In this document: in pieces, positions 1-9,461 of the stretch
Numbering within the stretch: position 1 is the first letter of the stretch
Layout of the letters: each line of letters opens with the position of its first letter
Made by a program: the position numbers and the translations under genes
Assembly: GCA_035559535.1 (NCBI GenBank)
Contig: DATMBG010000040.1
Coordinates: 62,001-126,000, forward strand
From: Candidatus Limnocylindrales bacterium
GTDB lineage: Bacteria > Moduliflexota > Moduliflexia > Moduliflexales > JAUQPW01
Direction of reading: 5' to 3'
DNA: 64,000 nucleotides
The notes under the pieces: model-generated
What the model was told of the DNA's origin: nothing
The model's input: the letters and a program-made list of their open reading frames with translations, nothing else
Databases searched by the model: none

Positions 1-547
1 TTATCCACACAGACCTGGCCTGTATTTCTTTACGTTTCACCCTGAAGGTTTTCAATTGGTCTCCGCGTCGAACTTTGAGGACAACTTCCTTTCCGGCTTC
101 ACCCCTTACCAGGATACTCACATCCATAAGAGATTTTCCTGAAACGCTTATGTCATTAACCGATTCAAGAATATCACCGAATTTAATCCCCGCTTTCTCC
201 GCAGGTCCATGGGCATGGGGAATACAAAGAATCCGATCGGAGGAAGTCACTTCGATATCCATTCCTATACCCACATAGCGGCTTTTCTGAGATGCCTTAA
301 AAGAGGCGTATTCTTCCGGAGATAAATAGGTGGAGAAACGATCCAGGTTTTTTAAATAGGCTTTGAGAGTTTCCCGAACAATATCCTGGGGTTTGGTTCC
401 CGGCTCTAAATAAAAGGCATTTTTTTGAATCTGGTTAATGGCCTCAAGATAAAAAGGGATATCCTGGTCTTGGGAATAGGTCGAGGAAGTCTTGAATCCA
501 AAAAACAAGCAGAAAAAGAATAGAAAAGCCCATTTCTGTGGGTCCAT
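1..547 (-). CDS. S41 family C-terminal processing protease with PDZ domain (N-terminal part; runs off window edge)
   Basis: Not in ORF track. Manual translation from ATG at 547: MDPQKWAFLFFFCLFF (signal) ...LKNLDRFSTYLSPEEY...YVGIGMDI...GPAEKAGIKFGDILESVND...LVRGEAGKEVVLKVRR, typical CtpA/Prc N-domain plus PDZ; frame open to the edge. Confidence 0.85.
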   Translation of the reverse strand, partial: MDPQKWAFLFFFCLFFGFKTSSTYSQDQDIPFYLEAINQIQKNAFYLEPGTKPQDIVRETLKAYLKNLDRFSTYLSPEEYASFKASQKSRYVGIGMDIEVTSSDRILCIPHAHGPAEKAGIKFGDILESVNDISVSGKSLMDVSILVRGEAGKEVVLKVRRGDQLKTFRVKRKEIQARSVWI

Positions 548-620
548 AACTTTGTCCTATGGGTTAAATTCTCACTGAAGGAACCGGATTTAAAGAAACA
601 GAGAGTTTCCCATTAAGCCC

Positions 621-1106
621 TTAGAGCGAAGCTGCCATTTCTAAAAGGGTATCGATTTCCTTGTTAAGATTTTGAATGCGTTGTTCTTTTTCTTGAATCG
701 TGAGCTGGGTATGTTTTCGCAGGGCCTGGATTTCATTTTTTAGCCGGGTAAGTTCCTGCTCAACGCGTTGTTTCTCTTTTTGTTTCGCATCGGTTTCCGC
801 CTGATATTGTGCTAGGATCTCCCTAAGTTGTTCCAGCTCGACATCCAAACGCTCCAACATCTCCCTTTGCTCATCGAGCTGAGCCTGTAATCGGGCCCTC
901 TCGTCTTCTAAATCCCGGGATCTTTGTCTTTCTTTTTCTCCCTCTCTCCGCAACGCTTCGAGTCTTTGTTGTCGCTCTTCGATTCGTTTTTTATAATCTT
1001 CCTTATACTGCCAATAACCGATTAATCCACCTTCCCGGGGATTACTTGAAGTAGCACAACTCGTCAAGAATCCCAAGAAAAAAATGTAGCTTAAAATCTT
1101 TTTCAT
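621..1106 (-). CDS. Coiled-coil lipoprotein
   Basis: Likely start ATG 1106 after GGAGG; MKKILSYIFFLGFLTSC lipobox, NPREGGLIGY motif, then long heptad coiled coil. Confidence 0.75.
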   Translation of the reverse strand: MKKILSYIFFLGFLTSCATSSNPREGGLIGYWQYKEDYKKRIEERQQRLEALRREGEKERQRSRDLEDERARLQAQLDEQREMLERLDVELEQLREILAQYQAETDAKQKEKQRVEQELTRLKNEIQALRKHTQLTIQEKEQRIQNLNKEIDTLLEMAASL

Positions 1107-1168
1107 CGTAATGCCTCCGTTTAACAGGCAAGAGGTGCTACCCTTGCCGATATGAATTCTCCTATCCC

Positions 1169-1816
1169 TCAAATGCTCATCTTTTGATTGATGGCAGCTA
1201 AGTGCTCCGTTGTTTGCTCAAGTTCTGCTACACTTTGTTCGAGTTGTTTGATTTTAGCATTCAAGGCAGCCAGACGTGCCTGAGATTGTCCCTGTTCTCG
1301 CCTCAAAACCTCTCGCTGGATTACAATTTCATCCCTCGCTCTCTGCAATCTTTTCTCGGCCTCATTTAGACTGGCCTGTAGGGATTGTTGCTTTTTCTTG
1401 AGTTCAGTTTTTGTAACCTGTTTGCTATTATAGGCGTCTATTAATCTATCCACTTCCTGTTCCTGGTCTCTAATTTCGCTTTCCAGGTAAGCGTTATACT
1501 GTCGCGTTTCCTGATTTACCTTTTCAGCCGAGGCGATACAGGCATCCAGATAATCTTCTTCTTTAACATATTGGGCTTTAAGATTAGCCACATGGGTAGC
1601 ATAGGCATAACCCCCTATCAGTCCGATTCCTCCACCTATGAAGGCTCCTTTCAAGGCCCCTTCTTTACCCCCGGCAGCGGCGCCTATGGCCGCACCTACC
1701 GCAGCACCTGCAGCAGCCCCCAGACCGGCCCCCTGGGCCTTGGTTCGCTGCTGGTCTGTAGCACACCCTACGATCCATACAACCAATAGCATTAAGCTTA
1801 TGATTTTTTTTAACAT
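1169..1816 (-). CDS. tagQ: TagQ-like glycine-zipper coiled-coil lipoprotein
   Basis: Lipobox IVGC, glycine zipper GAGLGAAAGAAVGAAIG, coiled-coil C-terminus; lies directly after TagR/S/T-like genes. Confidence 0.65.
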   Translation of the reverse strand: MLKKIISLMLLVVWIVGCATDQQRTKAQGAGLGAAAGAAVGAAIGAAAGGKEGALKGAFIGGGIGLIGGYAYATHVANLKAQYVKEEDYLDACIASAEKVNQETRQYNAYLESEIRDQEQEVDRLIDAYNSKQVTKTELKKKQQSLQASLNEAEKRLQRARDEIVIQREVLRREQGQSQARLAALNAKIKQLEQSVAELEQTTEHLAAINQKMSI

Positions 1817-1905
1817 AGCCCTTCCCCCTTTTTCCTATCGGCTTTACAGAATTTCTAAAATTCTGCAAGCTTATTTGTTAGACAGGTTAATAAAGAAAAA
1901 GCTGA

Positions 1906-3504
1906 TCAGAGATTTTTTAGATCGGCTTCCCATTGCTCTTTGTTTGATCTTCTGGTCCGAAGATACTCTTGAAAGTGTTTTTTTACCAGGGTATTGACCT
2001 TAATTTGCTCATCGGCACCCTGTAATTTTAGATAATTATTGTATTCTTCAAAGGCTTGATTCACCGTATCTTCTTTGATTTTTGCCAGTTGCTCAAAGGC
2101 ACTGCCATATCTCGTTAATCCCCCTTCGATATTCTGCTCTGTTTCGGCAACCCGTCCTTTAATGAGTTCTGTCTGGGCCGATCTTCCGATACTTTCTGCG
2201 GTTTTGAGGGCATCTTGAAGGCGAGGAAGCCTTTTCAATTCCCGGTTAATAAAAAAAGCGGCTTCTGCGGCAATTTTTACCCAGGCATAAGCGGAATCGT
2301 TTTCTGCTTTGTTAACGGTAGCTTCTATATTTTTGAAAGAAGCACTCAAGAGTCCTAAGTGGTTCCAGACGGTGGGTGGTATTACCCCAGAAGACTTATC
2401 CAGTGCAGTCAATTCATCGGTTAAGCGTTTCAAAGCATCTTCGGCATCGGCAAGCTGAGCATTGGTTTTAATAGTAATGGGAGCGATGGTCAGAGCCGGC
2501 TGAACGGGGGTTGCCCGGCTCTTTACATACTCAACCCAGGCTTCTTCTAGTTTTTTATTGGTATCCAGGCCGGTAAAAATTTGAGAAGAAATTACAAGGC
2601 GCATTCCTAGCGTCTCCTGTCTGGTTTGTGTTATTTTACCCTGGCTGTTAAGTTGATAGAATGGGATTTCGGTCCGTAAGGAAGAACGAAGGGCACTTTC
2701 TTCGGAATGGACGTGACCCCCCCGAGCCACAAAACCACCTACACGTCCCTGATAATATTCAATTTGATAAAGTGAACCTGTCATTTCTGAAACATTCCCC
2801 AACATATCGTGGATACCTAGAGGATTTGGCTCACGGAGGCCGATATCCTTTATCTTTCCATGGGAAGAGGTCGGTCCGGCAAACCACTCGTATTTGCTGA
2901 GGGGTCCGGTGTAGGGATATTTCTTATCAAACTCAAGGGGCTGAACTTCACTTCCACCCCGGGCTGCAAACTCCCATTCACTTTCGGTTGGTAGCCTCAA
3001 AAATCCAACCGCTTTATCATTTCTAGGTAATTTGTCCAGGGCGTTTTCAAAAAGCCAGAGGTTATATTTATTGATGAACTCCTGGGCCTCAAACCAGGAA
3101 ATATTCGTTATCGGCTTCTGGCTATCGCCTGCTTTCCCAGGGTCCACAACGGCATAATACTGGGCCTCGGTGACTTCATATTTTCCCATATAATAAACCC
3201 AATCCGGCTGATTATGGAGATTATTTTCAACAAATGCCCCCCCGAGGATCACACTGGTCGGAAACTCTTTAAACCCGCCACCGGATCTATCCCCAACTTT
3301 GAATTCTCTCAAGGCAAATGGTTTATCTCCCTTCCCGATAAAAACCCGCCGGAAAACCATCTTTGCCTGGTTAGGCATAGGTAAAATAAAGTCATCGTTC
3401 TGAGGCTTCGGATTGTAAATGTCTGCGGCATCTATGGATATCGTCCAGAACAGGTAAAGGATAAAAATAAAAACAATTGGCAGGTATTTCTCGGGATTAT
3501 TCAT
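1906..3504 (-). CDS. tagR: TagR-like secreted FGE-sulfatase (SUMF1) domain protein
   Basis: Signal peptide; YMGKYEVTEAQY, LRLPTESEWEFAARGG, PNPLGIHDMLGNVSE motifs; helical C-terminal extension. Confidence 0.75.
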   Translation of the reverse strand: MNNPEKYLPIVFIFILYLFWTISIDAADIYNPKPQNDDFILPMPNQAKMVFRRVFIGKGDKPFALREFKVGDRSGGGFKEFPTSVILGGAFVENNLHNQPDWVYYMGKYEVTEAQYYAVVDPGKAGDSQKPITNISWFEAQEFINKYNLWLFENALDKLPRNDKAVGFLRLPTESEWEFAARGGSEVQPLEFDKKYPYTGPLSKYEWFAGPTSSHGKIKDIGLREPNPLGIHDMLGNVSEMTGSLYQIEYYQGRVGGFVARGGHVHSEESALRSSLRTEIPFYQLNSQGKITQTRQETLGMRLVISSQIFTGLDTNKKLEEAWVEYVKSRATPVQPALTIAPITIKTNAQLADAEDALKRLTDELTALDKSSGVIPPTVWNHLGLLSASFKNIEATVNKAENDSAYAWVKIAAEAAFFINRELKRLPRLQDALKTAESIGRSAQTELIKGRVAETEQNIEGGLTRYGSAFEQLAKIKEDTVNQAFEEYNNYLKLQGADEQIKVNTLVKKHFQEYLRTRRSNKEQWEADLKNL

Positions 3505-5413
3505 CTCTCAAAGCCTCGGCAGGCTCTATTTGGTTTACTCTGAAAGCAGCCGTCATGGCGGCACAACCTGCGATCAGAAGGGTACCAATCCAGGCCCCGA
3601 GGATATAGAGAATCGGAATCTGGCAGAGATTTTGTTGGACATTTAATGTACTCAATGAAAATCCAAGCAACCTCTCTACATGGGGTTTAAAAAGGGAATT
3701 GATGAGCATAGAGAAGATCCCAAACAGGGTTATGGCCAGCAGGAATCCTCCTATCCCGAGTAAGATTCCCTGATAAATGGGGAAGCGAAACAGGGCGGCT
3801 CCGGACAAACCGATTAACCGTAAAACCCCCAGTTCCCGTTTCTTTCGCTCAACGGAAGCATAAAGACTGGCAATGAGCGAGGCCACCGTACCTGAAATTC
3901 CGACCGTCGCAATAAGCCAAAAGATCAGATCCAGATAGGTGGTTAATTCGATGACTTTTCGAATCTCTTCTGCGGCAGATTGAACCGGAAGGGATTGTTT
4001 TTCAAAAAATTGCCTTAACCCATCCACATCATAAATGGTCCTGGCATACATCCGGAAGCTTGCATACCCTCGTCTGGCCAGAACAAATTCCTTATGATTT
4101 TCATCGTAATGGAGATCCCTGGATTGATACAACCTCAGAATTCCGGCAAGCCCGGTGGGGATAAAAGCCATACCGTTTATCGGCGACCGCTCAGAAACAA
4201 CCGAAACCGGAAACATCAGAAATTTATCTTCTTTAATTACTTTTAGAAACAGGTTTTCTTCACCTGGGAACAGGTCAGGGGGCAACATGATTTTAAGTAT
4301 TTCCTGGGTTGAGGTCTGGGATTCTCCCCAGGGGGGAACCGGTGAGATCCCGATTTCTTCGACCTTTTTAGGATCCACAGAGAGTGCATAGAGATTTAAA
4401 GAAGCCATCTCTTTTTGAGAGGAGTCGACGAGCCGGGCCATAATAGGAGAAACATAAGGGAAGACAAAAGCTTTTTTACCTGATAGCTTCCTCTTTACGT
4501 TTTTTATGCTATCTTCTCCCACCGATTTACTTGCCGTAGAGAGGAAATAAATTCCCATTTCGGGAAATACTTGAAAACCTGTTTTAGAAAGAAGGGTATC
4601 GTTGTTCAATTCCTCAAATTTTGTGAAACCTGTTCCGATCAGAAGTTCTCGCTTTTGAACCTCCTCTAACCCCTGGGGGGTTATCACAACAAGTCCATCA
4701 TATTGAGGATAGGCTTTAGGTATATCTCCCGACCAACCGAGCTCAGGGACTGCCTGTCCATCTTTAAAACGTTCAACGGCTTCCAGGATATGGAGTTGAA
4801 CATACATCAACTTTCGAACGCTGGCCCTTAACGGTAATATGCCTGCAACCCGAAGCTCTACGGAGCCGTATTCATATTTACCTTTGACAATGCGACTGGC
4901 CGTAGCAATCAGGGTATCTCCGATTTTTGCTTCCAGGGCTTCGGCGGCGTACTGGGTTAACACACATTCTCCCGAATAGGGTACTTGCATGCCATTTTCT
5001 AAAATCAAGGGGTCCCCTTCGGCTGTGGGGATAAGTTCAAGTTCTTCTTTTTTCTCCTTGTCTTTTACATGGGCGATGATTGTTGCCGAAAGCTGTCGGG
5101 TGTTAGGAATGATAAAGGCAACCTCGGGCCGCTGCCTTATTTCTTCAAACCAGGCTTTATCATAGGATCGGCTGCTGAGGGGCCTCATCTCCCGGTTAAC
5201 AGGATTTTGCGTCATGTAATGGGTATAAATGGTAATAAGGCCGTATTTTAGGCCAAATAGAATAAACAAGGGAGATAAAACGGCGGTAATGGCGGTTATC
5301 AAACAAAGTGTTAAAATCCACTCGTGCCGAAGATCGGCCCAGGATAGCCATAGCACACTTCCCTTCGACCTTCTTACTTTATGAATTACAACCTTCTCCT
5401 CAAGAGCAGACAT
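3497..5413 (-). CDS. tagS: TagS-like ABC permease (FtsX/MacB type)
   Basis: WADLRHEW..LFILFGLKYG N-terminus, YASFRMYARTIYDV, VERKKRELGVLRLIG, IEPAEALRDE; likely start ATG 5413 (ORF track starts at 5524). Confidence 0.75.
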   Translation of the reverse strand: MSALEEKVVIHKVRRSKGSVLWLSWADLRHEWILTLCLITAITAVLSPLFILFGLKYGLITIYTHYMTQNPVNREMRPLSSRSYDKAWFEEIRQRPEVAFIIPNTRQLSATIIAHVKDKEKKEELELIPTAEGDPLILENGMQVPYSGECVLTQYAAEALEAKIGDTLIATASRIVKGKYEYGSVELRVAGILPLRASVRKLMYVQLHILEAVERFKDGQAVPELGWSGDIPKAYPQYDGLVVITPQGLEEVQKRELLIGTGFTKFEELNNDTLLSKTGFQVFPEMGIYFLSTASKSVGEDSIKNVKRKLSGKKAFVFPYVSPIMARLVDSSQKEMASLNLYALSVDPKKVEEIGISPVPPWGESQTSTQEILKIMLPPDLFPGEENLFLKVIKEDKFLMFPVSVVSERSPINGMAFIPTGLAGILRLYQSRDLHYDENHKEFVLARRGYASFRMYARTIYDVDGLRQFFEKQSLPVQSAAEEIRKVIELTTYLDLIFWLIATVGISGTVASLIASLYASVERKKRELGVLRLIGLSGAALFRFPIYQGILLGIGGFLLAITLFGIFSMLINSLFKPHVERLLGFSLSTLNVQQNLCQIPILYILGAWIGTLLIAGCAAMTAAFRVNQIEPAEALRDE

Positions 5414-5441
5414 GGAGTTTCTTCGTAAAAGTTTTTGTCGG

Positions 5442-6215
5442 TTATTTATTCCCTCTGAGGGTTTCCGATGACCCCTCCCTACATTCCGAGTAAGTATACT
5501 CATTACTCTCTTTATGCACATCAAAGGTAAACGTTCGATCTACCACTCCCTCCACCAGGTGTTTATCATGGGTTACTATCAAAAGTGTGACACCGATCTG
5601 TCGGGTTAATTCCTTGAACTGATCTCTAATTTCATAGGCTGTAAGTTTATCCACTGCCGCCGTCGGCTCATCGGCTAAAACAATAGAAGGGCGATGCGCC
5701 AGCGCACGGGCAATGGCAACTCGCTGGCGTTGTCCACCCGATAGAAACTGCGGTTTTTTGTTCAACTGATCGGCAATCTTTAACCGCATGACAAGGGTCT
5801 GGATATGGTCTTCCACCTGGTTCATCCCATTAATCGAGCACGGCAAAAGAATATTTTCCTTAGCCGTTAAAAACGAAAGCAGACCACCCGTTTGCAACAC
5901 ATAACCTAGATGGGATTTTCGGATATTAGCCAGCTCTCCCTCAGATAAGTCCATAATGGAATGTTCAACTCCTGTTTGAGGGATACAAACTGTAAATTCC
6001 TCTGCCCGGGTCGGTCGCATAATCAAACCCAGCATATCCAACAGTGTACTCTTCCCACATCCGCTTTCTCCTACAATGGCAATAAACTCTCCTTCCCAAA
6101 GGATAAGTTCAGGAATTCTAAGTTCAAATAAATTCCCACCTTTTTCTCTTTTCTTGACGACATTCTTTAAACGATACACCTCAGACTTAGCGTGATTATG
6201 AGAACCTGGACCCAT
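5442..6215 (-). CDS. tagT: TagT-like ABC ATP-binding protein (LolD/MacB type)
   Basis: Walker A GESGCGKST, LSGGQRQR signature, LADEPTA, H-loop VTHD. Confidence 0.85.
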   Translation of the reverse strand: MGPGSHNHAKSEVYRLKNVVKKREKGGNLFELRIPELILWEGEFIAIVGESGCGKSTLLDMLGLIMRPTRAEEFTVCIPQTGVEHSIMDLSEGELANIRKSHLGYVLQTGGLLSFLTAKENILLPCSINGMNQVEDHIQTLVMRLKIADQLNKKPQFLSGGQRQRVAIARALAHRPSIVLADEPTAAVDKLTAYEIRDQFKELTRQIGVTLLIVTHDKHLVEGVVDRTFTFDVHKESNEYTYSECREGSSETLRGNK

Positions 6216-6340
6216 CTCTGCTTTTGTATTTTCTCGTAGATGATGGATTTTATTTATCCACGAAGAAACCGAAAAGTATGGGAGTATTTATTTCCATACT
6301 CCCATACTCCCATACCCCCCATACTTTATACCCTTCACAG

Positions 6341-8467
6341 TTATGGCAAGGCTTCTAAACTGATGGGGTGAACGTATTCACTGGGATCATCTCCCGGATT
6401 CAGGGCAATCCATCCTTTGGGATTATCATGGATGGCTGCGTAGAGTTTTATTTTGGCATCGATCTCATGGAGAAATTCCTCCTGCTGATCCGGGCTCCAA
6501 CTGGCCCATAGTTCGTTACTCATCTCCATAATTCGGCTTCTATAGGGTAAATCCAGCATAAATTCAGGGAGAAGCCCGCTTTCGGCCAATGTTTTTGCGT
6601 TTCTAATCTGATCTCCAGCCCGTGCGGCGACACTGGGAACTGCCTGCAGGGCTTTAAAGAAATCCTGGCCTCCGATCATACCAGCCCTACCGGCCGTCAT
6701 GATTTCTTGAAGGACCGTTTTCAATGAATCCAGTTCATTTTTGGTGACCAAGACCCGTACCTCCAGAGATGGGATATTCGGATCCATAAGGTCTTTGTCG
6801 GTAATCCAGGCTGTGATATCTGGCGGAGCTTTGGTTCCTTTTTCCCGACCAAGCCATTGAACCAGGGCAGCATAGCCCATCTTCAGGACCTTAGCACCAA
6901 CGTCCTCTTTTTGAGAAGGCTTCTCCGATTTACCTGTAGAAGTAGTAGAGGCCACATCCACAATCTTCCCCTCTTTAGCCTGCTCTATGATATAGACAAG
7001 CTTACTGGCGATTTCTTGAGAGGCCTTGTCAAATCCGGCTTTATCTTTTGAATCCACGCTCCAGTAGGAGGACTCTCCTTGTAATCCTGGATTTTTGGAG
7101 AGGGTCTGGAACTGCCTTTCTGCAAGGTCCCAAAACGCCTTTGCCCTTTGATCCTTGATATGGAGGGCAAAAATATAAAAACCGTTATCACTGGCAAAGG
7201 TCCGCAACGTATCTGCACTTTGTCCCGATTGGTTCCATTTATGGCCCGGCTCGTGGCTTGGGGCGTCTCCTATCAGGATAAGCATATGAAGAGCGTCCTC
7301 GGTCCATTTGGTTTGCCGCATGGCCCCATCGACTCCGGAGAAAACATCTTCAGGATAATCTCCACCGGATTTTGCATGAACTCCGGCCAGCGTATTTACA
7401 AAATCACTTACCTGCTGGAGCTCTGGGGTAAAATTTTTAGTAACAAACTCTATATCAGGTATTTCCAGAGAATCCCGATAACCCCACAAACCAAATTTAA
7501 CACTCTTGGCAACTTCAGCATTTTGGGTTATGGTTAAAGTCATGTTTTTGATGGTCTCTAAAGTGGCCTGTATATACGGGTCCATACTGCTGGTCATATC
7601 CACTACATAGACGATATCCATTTGCACCTTTCTGACTACTTCAGAATTACTTGGAATAGATTCAGGATGCGTCTGGATTGTTTCAGGGCTTTGGGAAGGT
7701 TCTTCCAGGCTTTGGGAAGACTCCTCCGGGTTTTGCTGATTTCCTCCTCCCGACTTTTTTGCCGCAACAACTTCGGTTTCTGAAGTTCCTATAAGATTCT
7801 TAAGGTTTCCTCCACCTCTTTCCGACTTTGTTGCTGCTGCTACTTTAAGGAGTCTTCCTTCGATCCCATCAATTTCAAAAGGCGCGTATTCCAGGATGGG
7901 GAGAAGATAGAATTGCTCAACAATATCGATATAGTCATTGGGCTCCTTAGAGATAACAGGAAAATCTTTGGAAATATTTCCCGATTCGATATCCTGGTAA
8001 TATTTCTCCGCCGCCTGTTTGCGTTGATCCTCCGGTGATTTCAGAAGCTCTCGTAAAGGTTCAAGCTTTTCAAACATTAATACGGGTTTTCTACCCCCTG
8101 GGTGGGTATAGGAAAGGCATAGGGTCTGCTTCCATTCCATGACGTCTTCTGCTTTCATCCAGCCGAGAACTTTACCCCGCACATCGCTACCCACTTCATA
8201 CCAACCTTTAGTTGTTGTCGACGTAGTACTCACATCCGGACGGGTATAGACAAAATAAGATTGAAATACAGGGACATCTTCCACTAGAATTTCCCCGTCG
8301 GGTTTTTTATAGATATGAGAGAAAGGCCGGGCCAGTACCCGCAATGGCAGAAATGTTTTCCCCGGTACGGTAACAGGTTTTCGCTGCTGGGCAAATACAT
8401 CAGAATACATTCCACCTACCCAAAACAGGGCAACAAATAGGATAAGGCATCGTCTAAAAGGTATCAT
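6341..8467 (-). CDS. Secreted vWA-domain protein resembling the periplasmic region of PpkA, without kinase domain
   Basis: Signal peptide; PGKTFLPLRVLARP, WYEVG..GKVLGW..EWKQTL..THPGGR motifs; MIDAS VVDMTSSM, EDVFSG, LIGDAPSH; C-terminal LPYRSRIM...LEALP; no kinase motifs. Confidence 0.75.
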   Translation of the reverse strand: MIPFRRCLILFVALFWVGGMYSDVFAQQRKPVTVPGKTFLPLRVLARPFSHIYKKPDGEILVEDVPVFQSYFVYTRPDVSTTSTTTKGWYEVGSDVRGKVLGWMKAEDVMEWKQTLCLSYTHPGGRKPVLMFEKLEPLRELLKSPEDQRKQAAEKYYQDIESGNISKDFPVISKEPNDYIDIVEQFYLLPILEYAPFEIDGIEGRLLKVAAATKSERGGGNLKNLIGTSETEVVAAKKSGGGNQQNPEESSQSLEEPSQSPETIQTHPESIPSNSEVVRKVQMDIVYVVDMTSSMDPYIQATLETIKNMTLTITQNAEVAKSVKFGLWGYRDSLEIPDIEFVTKNFTPELQQVSDFVNTLAGVHAKSGGDYPEDVFSGVDGAMRQTKWTEDALHMLILIGDAPSHEPGHKWNQSGQSADTLRTFASDNGFYIFALHIKDQRAKAFWDLAERQFQTLSKNPGLQGESSYWSVDSKDKAGFDKASQEIASKLVYIIEQAKEGKIVDVASTTSTGKSEKPSQKEDVGAKVLKMGYAALVQWLGREKGTKAPPDITAWITDKDLMDPNIPSLEVRVLVTKNELDSLKTVLQEIMTAGRAGMIGGQDFFKALQAVPSVAARAGDQIRNAKTLAESGLLPEFMLDLPYRSRIMEMSNELWASWSPDQQEEFLHEIDAKIKLYAAIHDNPKGWIALNPGDDPSEYVHPISLEALP

Positions 8468-9301
8468 GAATTCCTCCTTAAACGGTAATTCGGTATTAAT
8501 ACCATTCTTCCCTACATCTTTTTTTATGGTATAGAATACAAGAGTCCTTTGTTTACTTAGTTTTGCATAGCTTTTAAGTCACCCCTCCAGCCCCTCTCCT
8601 ACAAGGGAAGAGGGGAGTTGGGGAGTAAAAGCAGTCCTGTGAGAGCAAAATTAAGTAAACAGTGTAAGAGTGTTTTTCTAATTTAGTCAGGGATAGAGAA
8701 TTCTTCCGATTTAGAATTAACCTCCTTTCTTCTCGGAAAGGTTTTTGGTTTTAGATTTTACTAACAGGCCACCCAGGATAAAAACCCCAAAGTAGCTAGA
8801 AGGTTCTGAAATCGCGATCAGCCCCTGGGAAACTTTTTATGATGTTGTCCCTGCGAGATGCCTTTTTAACCATTCTATCTATATCATCCCTTAAACTTGC
8901 TTAGCTCCCCAATCGGGCTGGTTTAAAAAATTTTCTGGCTAAAGAGTAGAATCCACTTATGGAAGGAAATAGGGTTCGGCGGGAAATCTTATAGGAAGTT
9001 CTATCTAAATTCTCTCATCTCCCTATTCCTACAAGTAGATCGCATAGGAGAGAAATTTTTTATATTCTTTTCTATATCTTCTATTATCCCGGGGTTGTCA
9101 ATAAAAAAGTTATTTGGAAAAGAAATTTCTACCTATGATCTTCATGGGAGGTCACGGCAATTCTAAGACATGGATTTTTATTTCTTTTTTGATTAAATCG
9201 AATCCATGGTTTTAGATTAACCCTACAAGGGTGATTTTTGCCGGTAATCGGGCCAGGCTATTCCCTGCATCCTGCTTTTAAAATTTCCGGGTAAACAACT
9301 C

Positions 9302-9330
9302 TTGACTTGTAAACTTAGGGGTTCTACCAT
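9302..9330 (+). promoter_or_regulatory. Putative sigma70 promoter of PQQ dehydrogenase
   Basis: TTGACT-17bp-TACCAT. Confidence 0.45.
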
Positions 9331-9461
9331 CGTTTTAAGCTCTTATGAATTCATTCTCAAAGCTCAAAATCAGAAGCCTGTTTTTTCTGAGAAAACGGGT
9401 TTTTATGGGGTAAGTTTGAAACTGAATTCGTATCCATTTAACCAGTTAAAAGGAGGGATCC

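Noticed and set aside
1638-1997. Ala/Pro-rich 119-aa ORF on + strand
   Set aside because: Antisense shadow of the glycine zipper of the TagQ-like gene
621-8467. Complete type VI secretion system
   Set aside because: No hcp, vgrG, tssB/C, clpV, tssL/M, fha or kinase recognisable in the window
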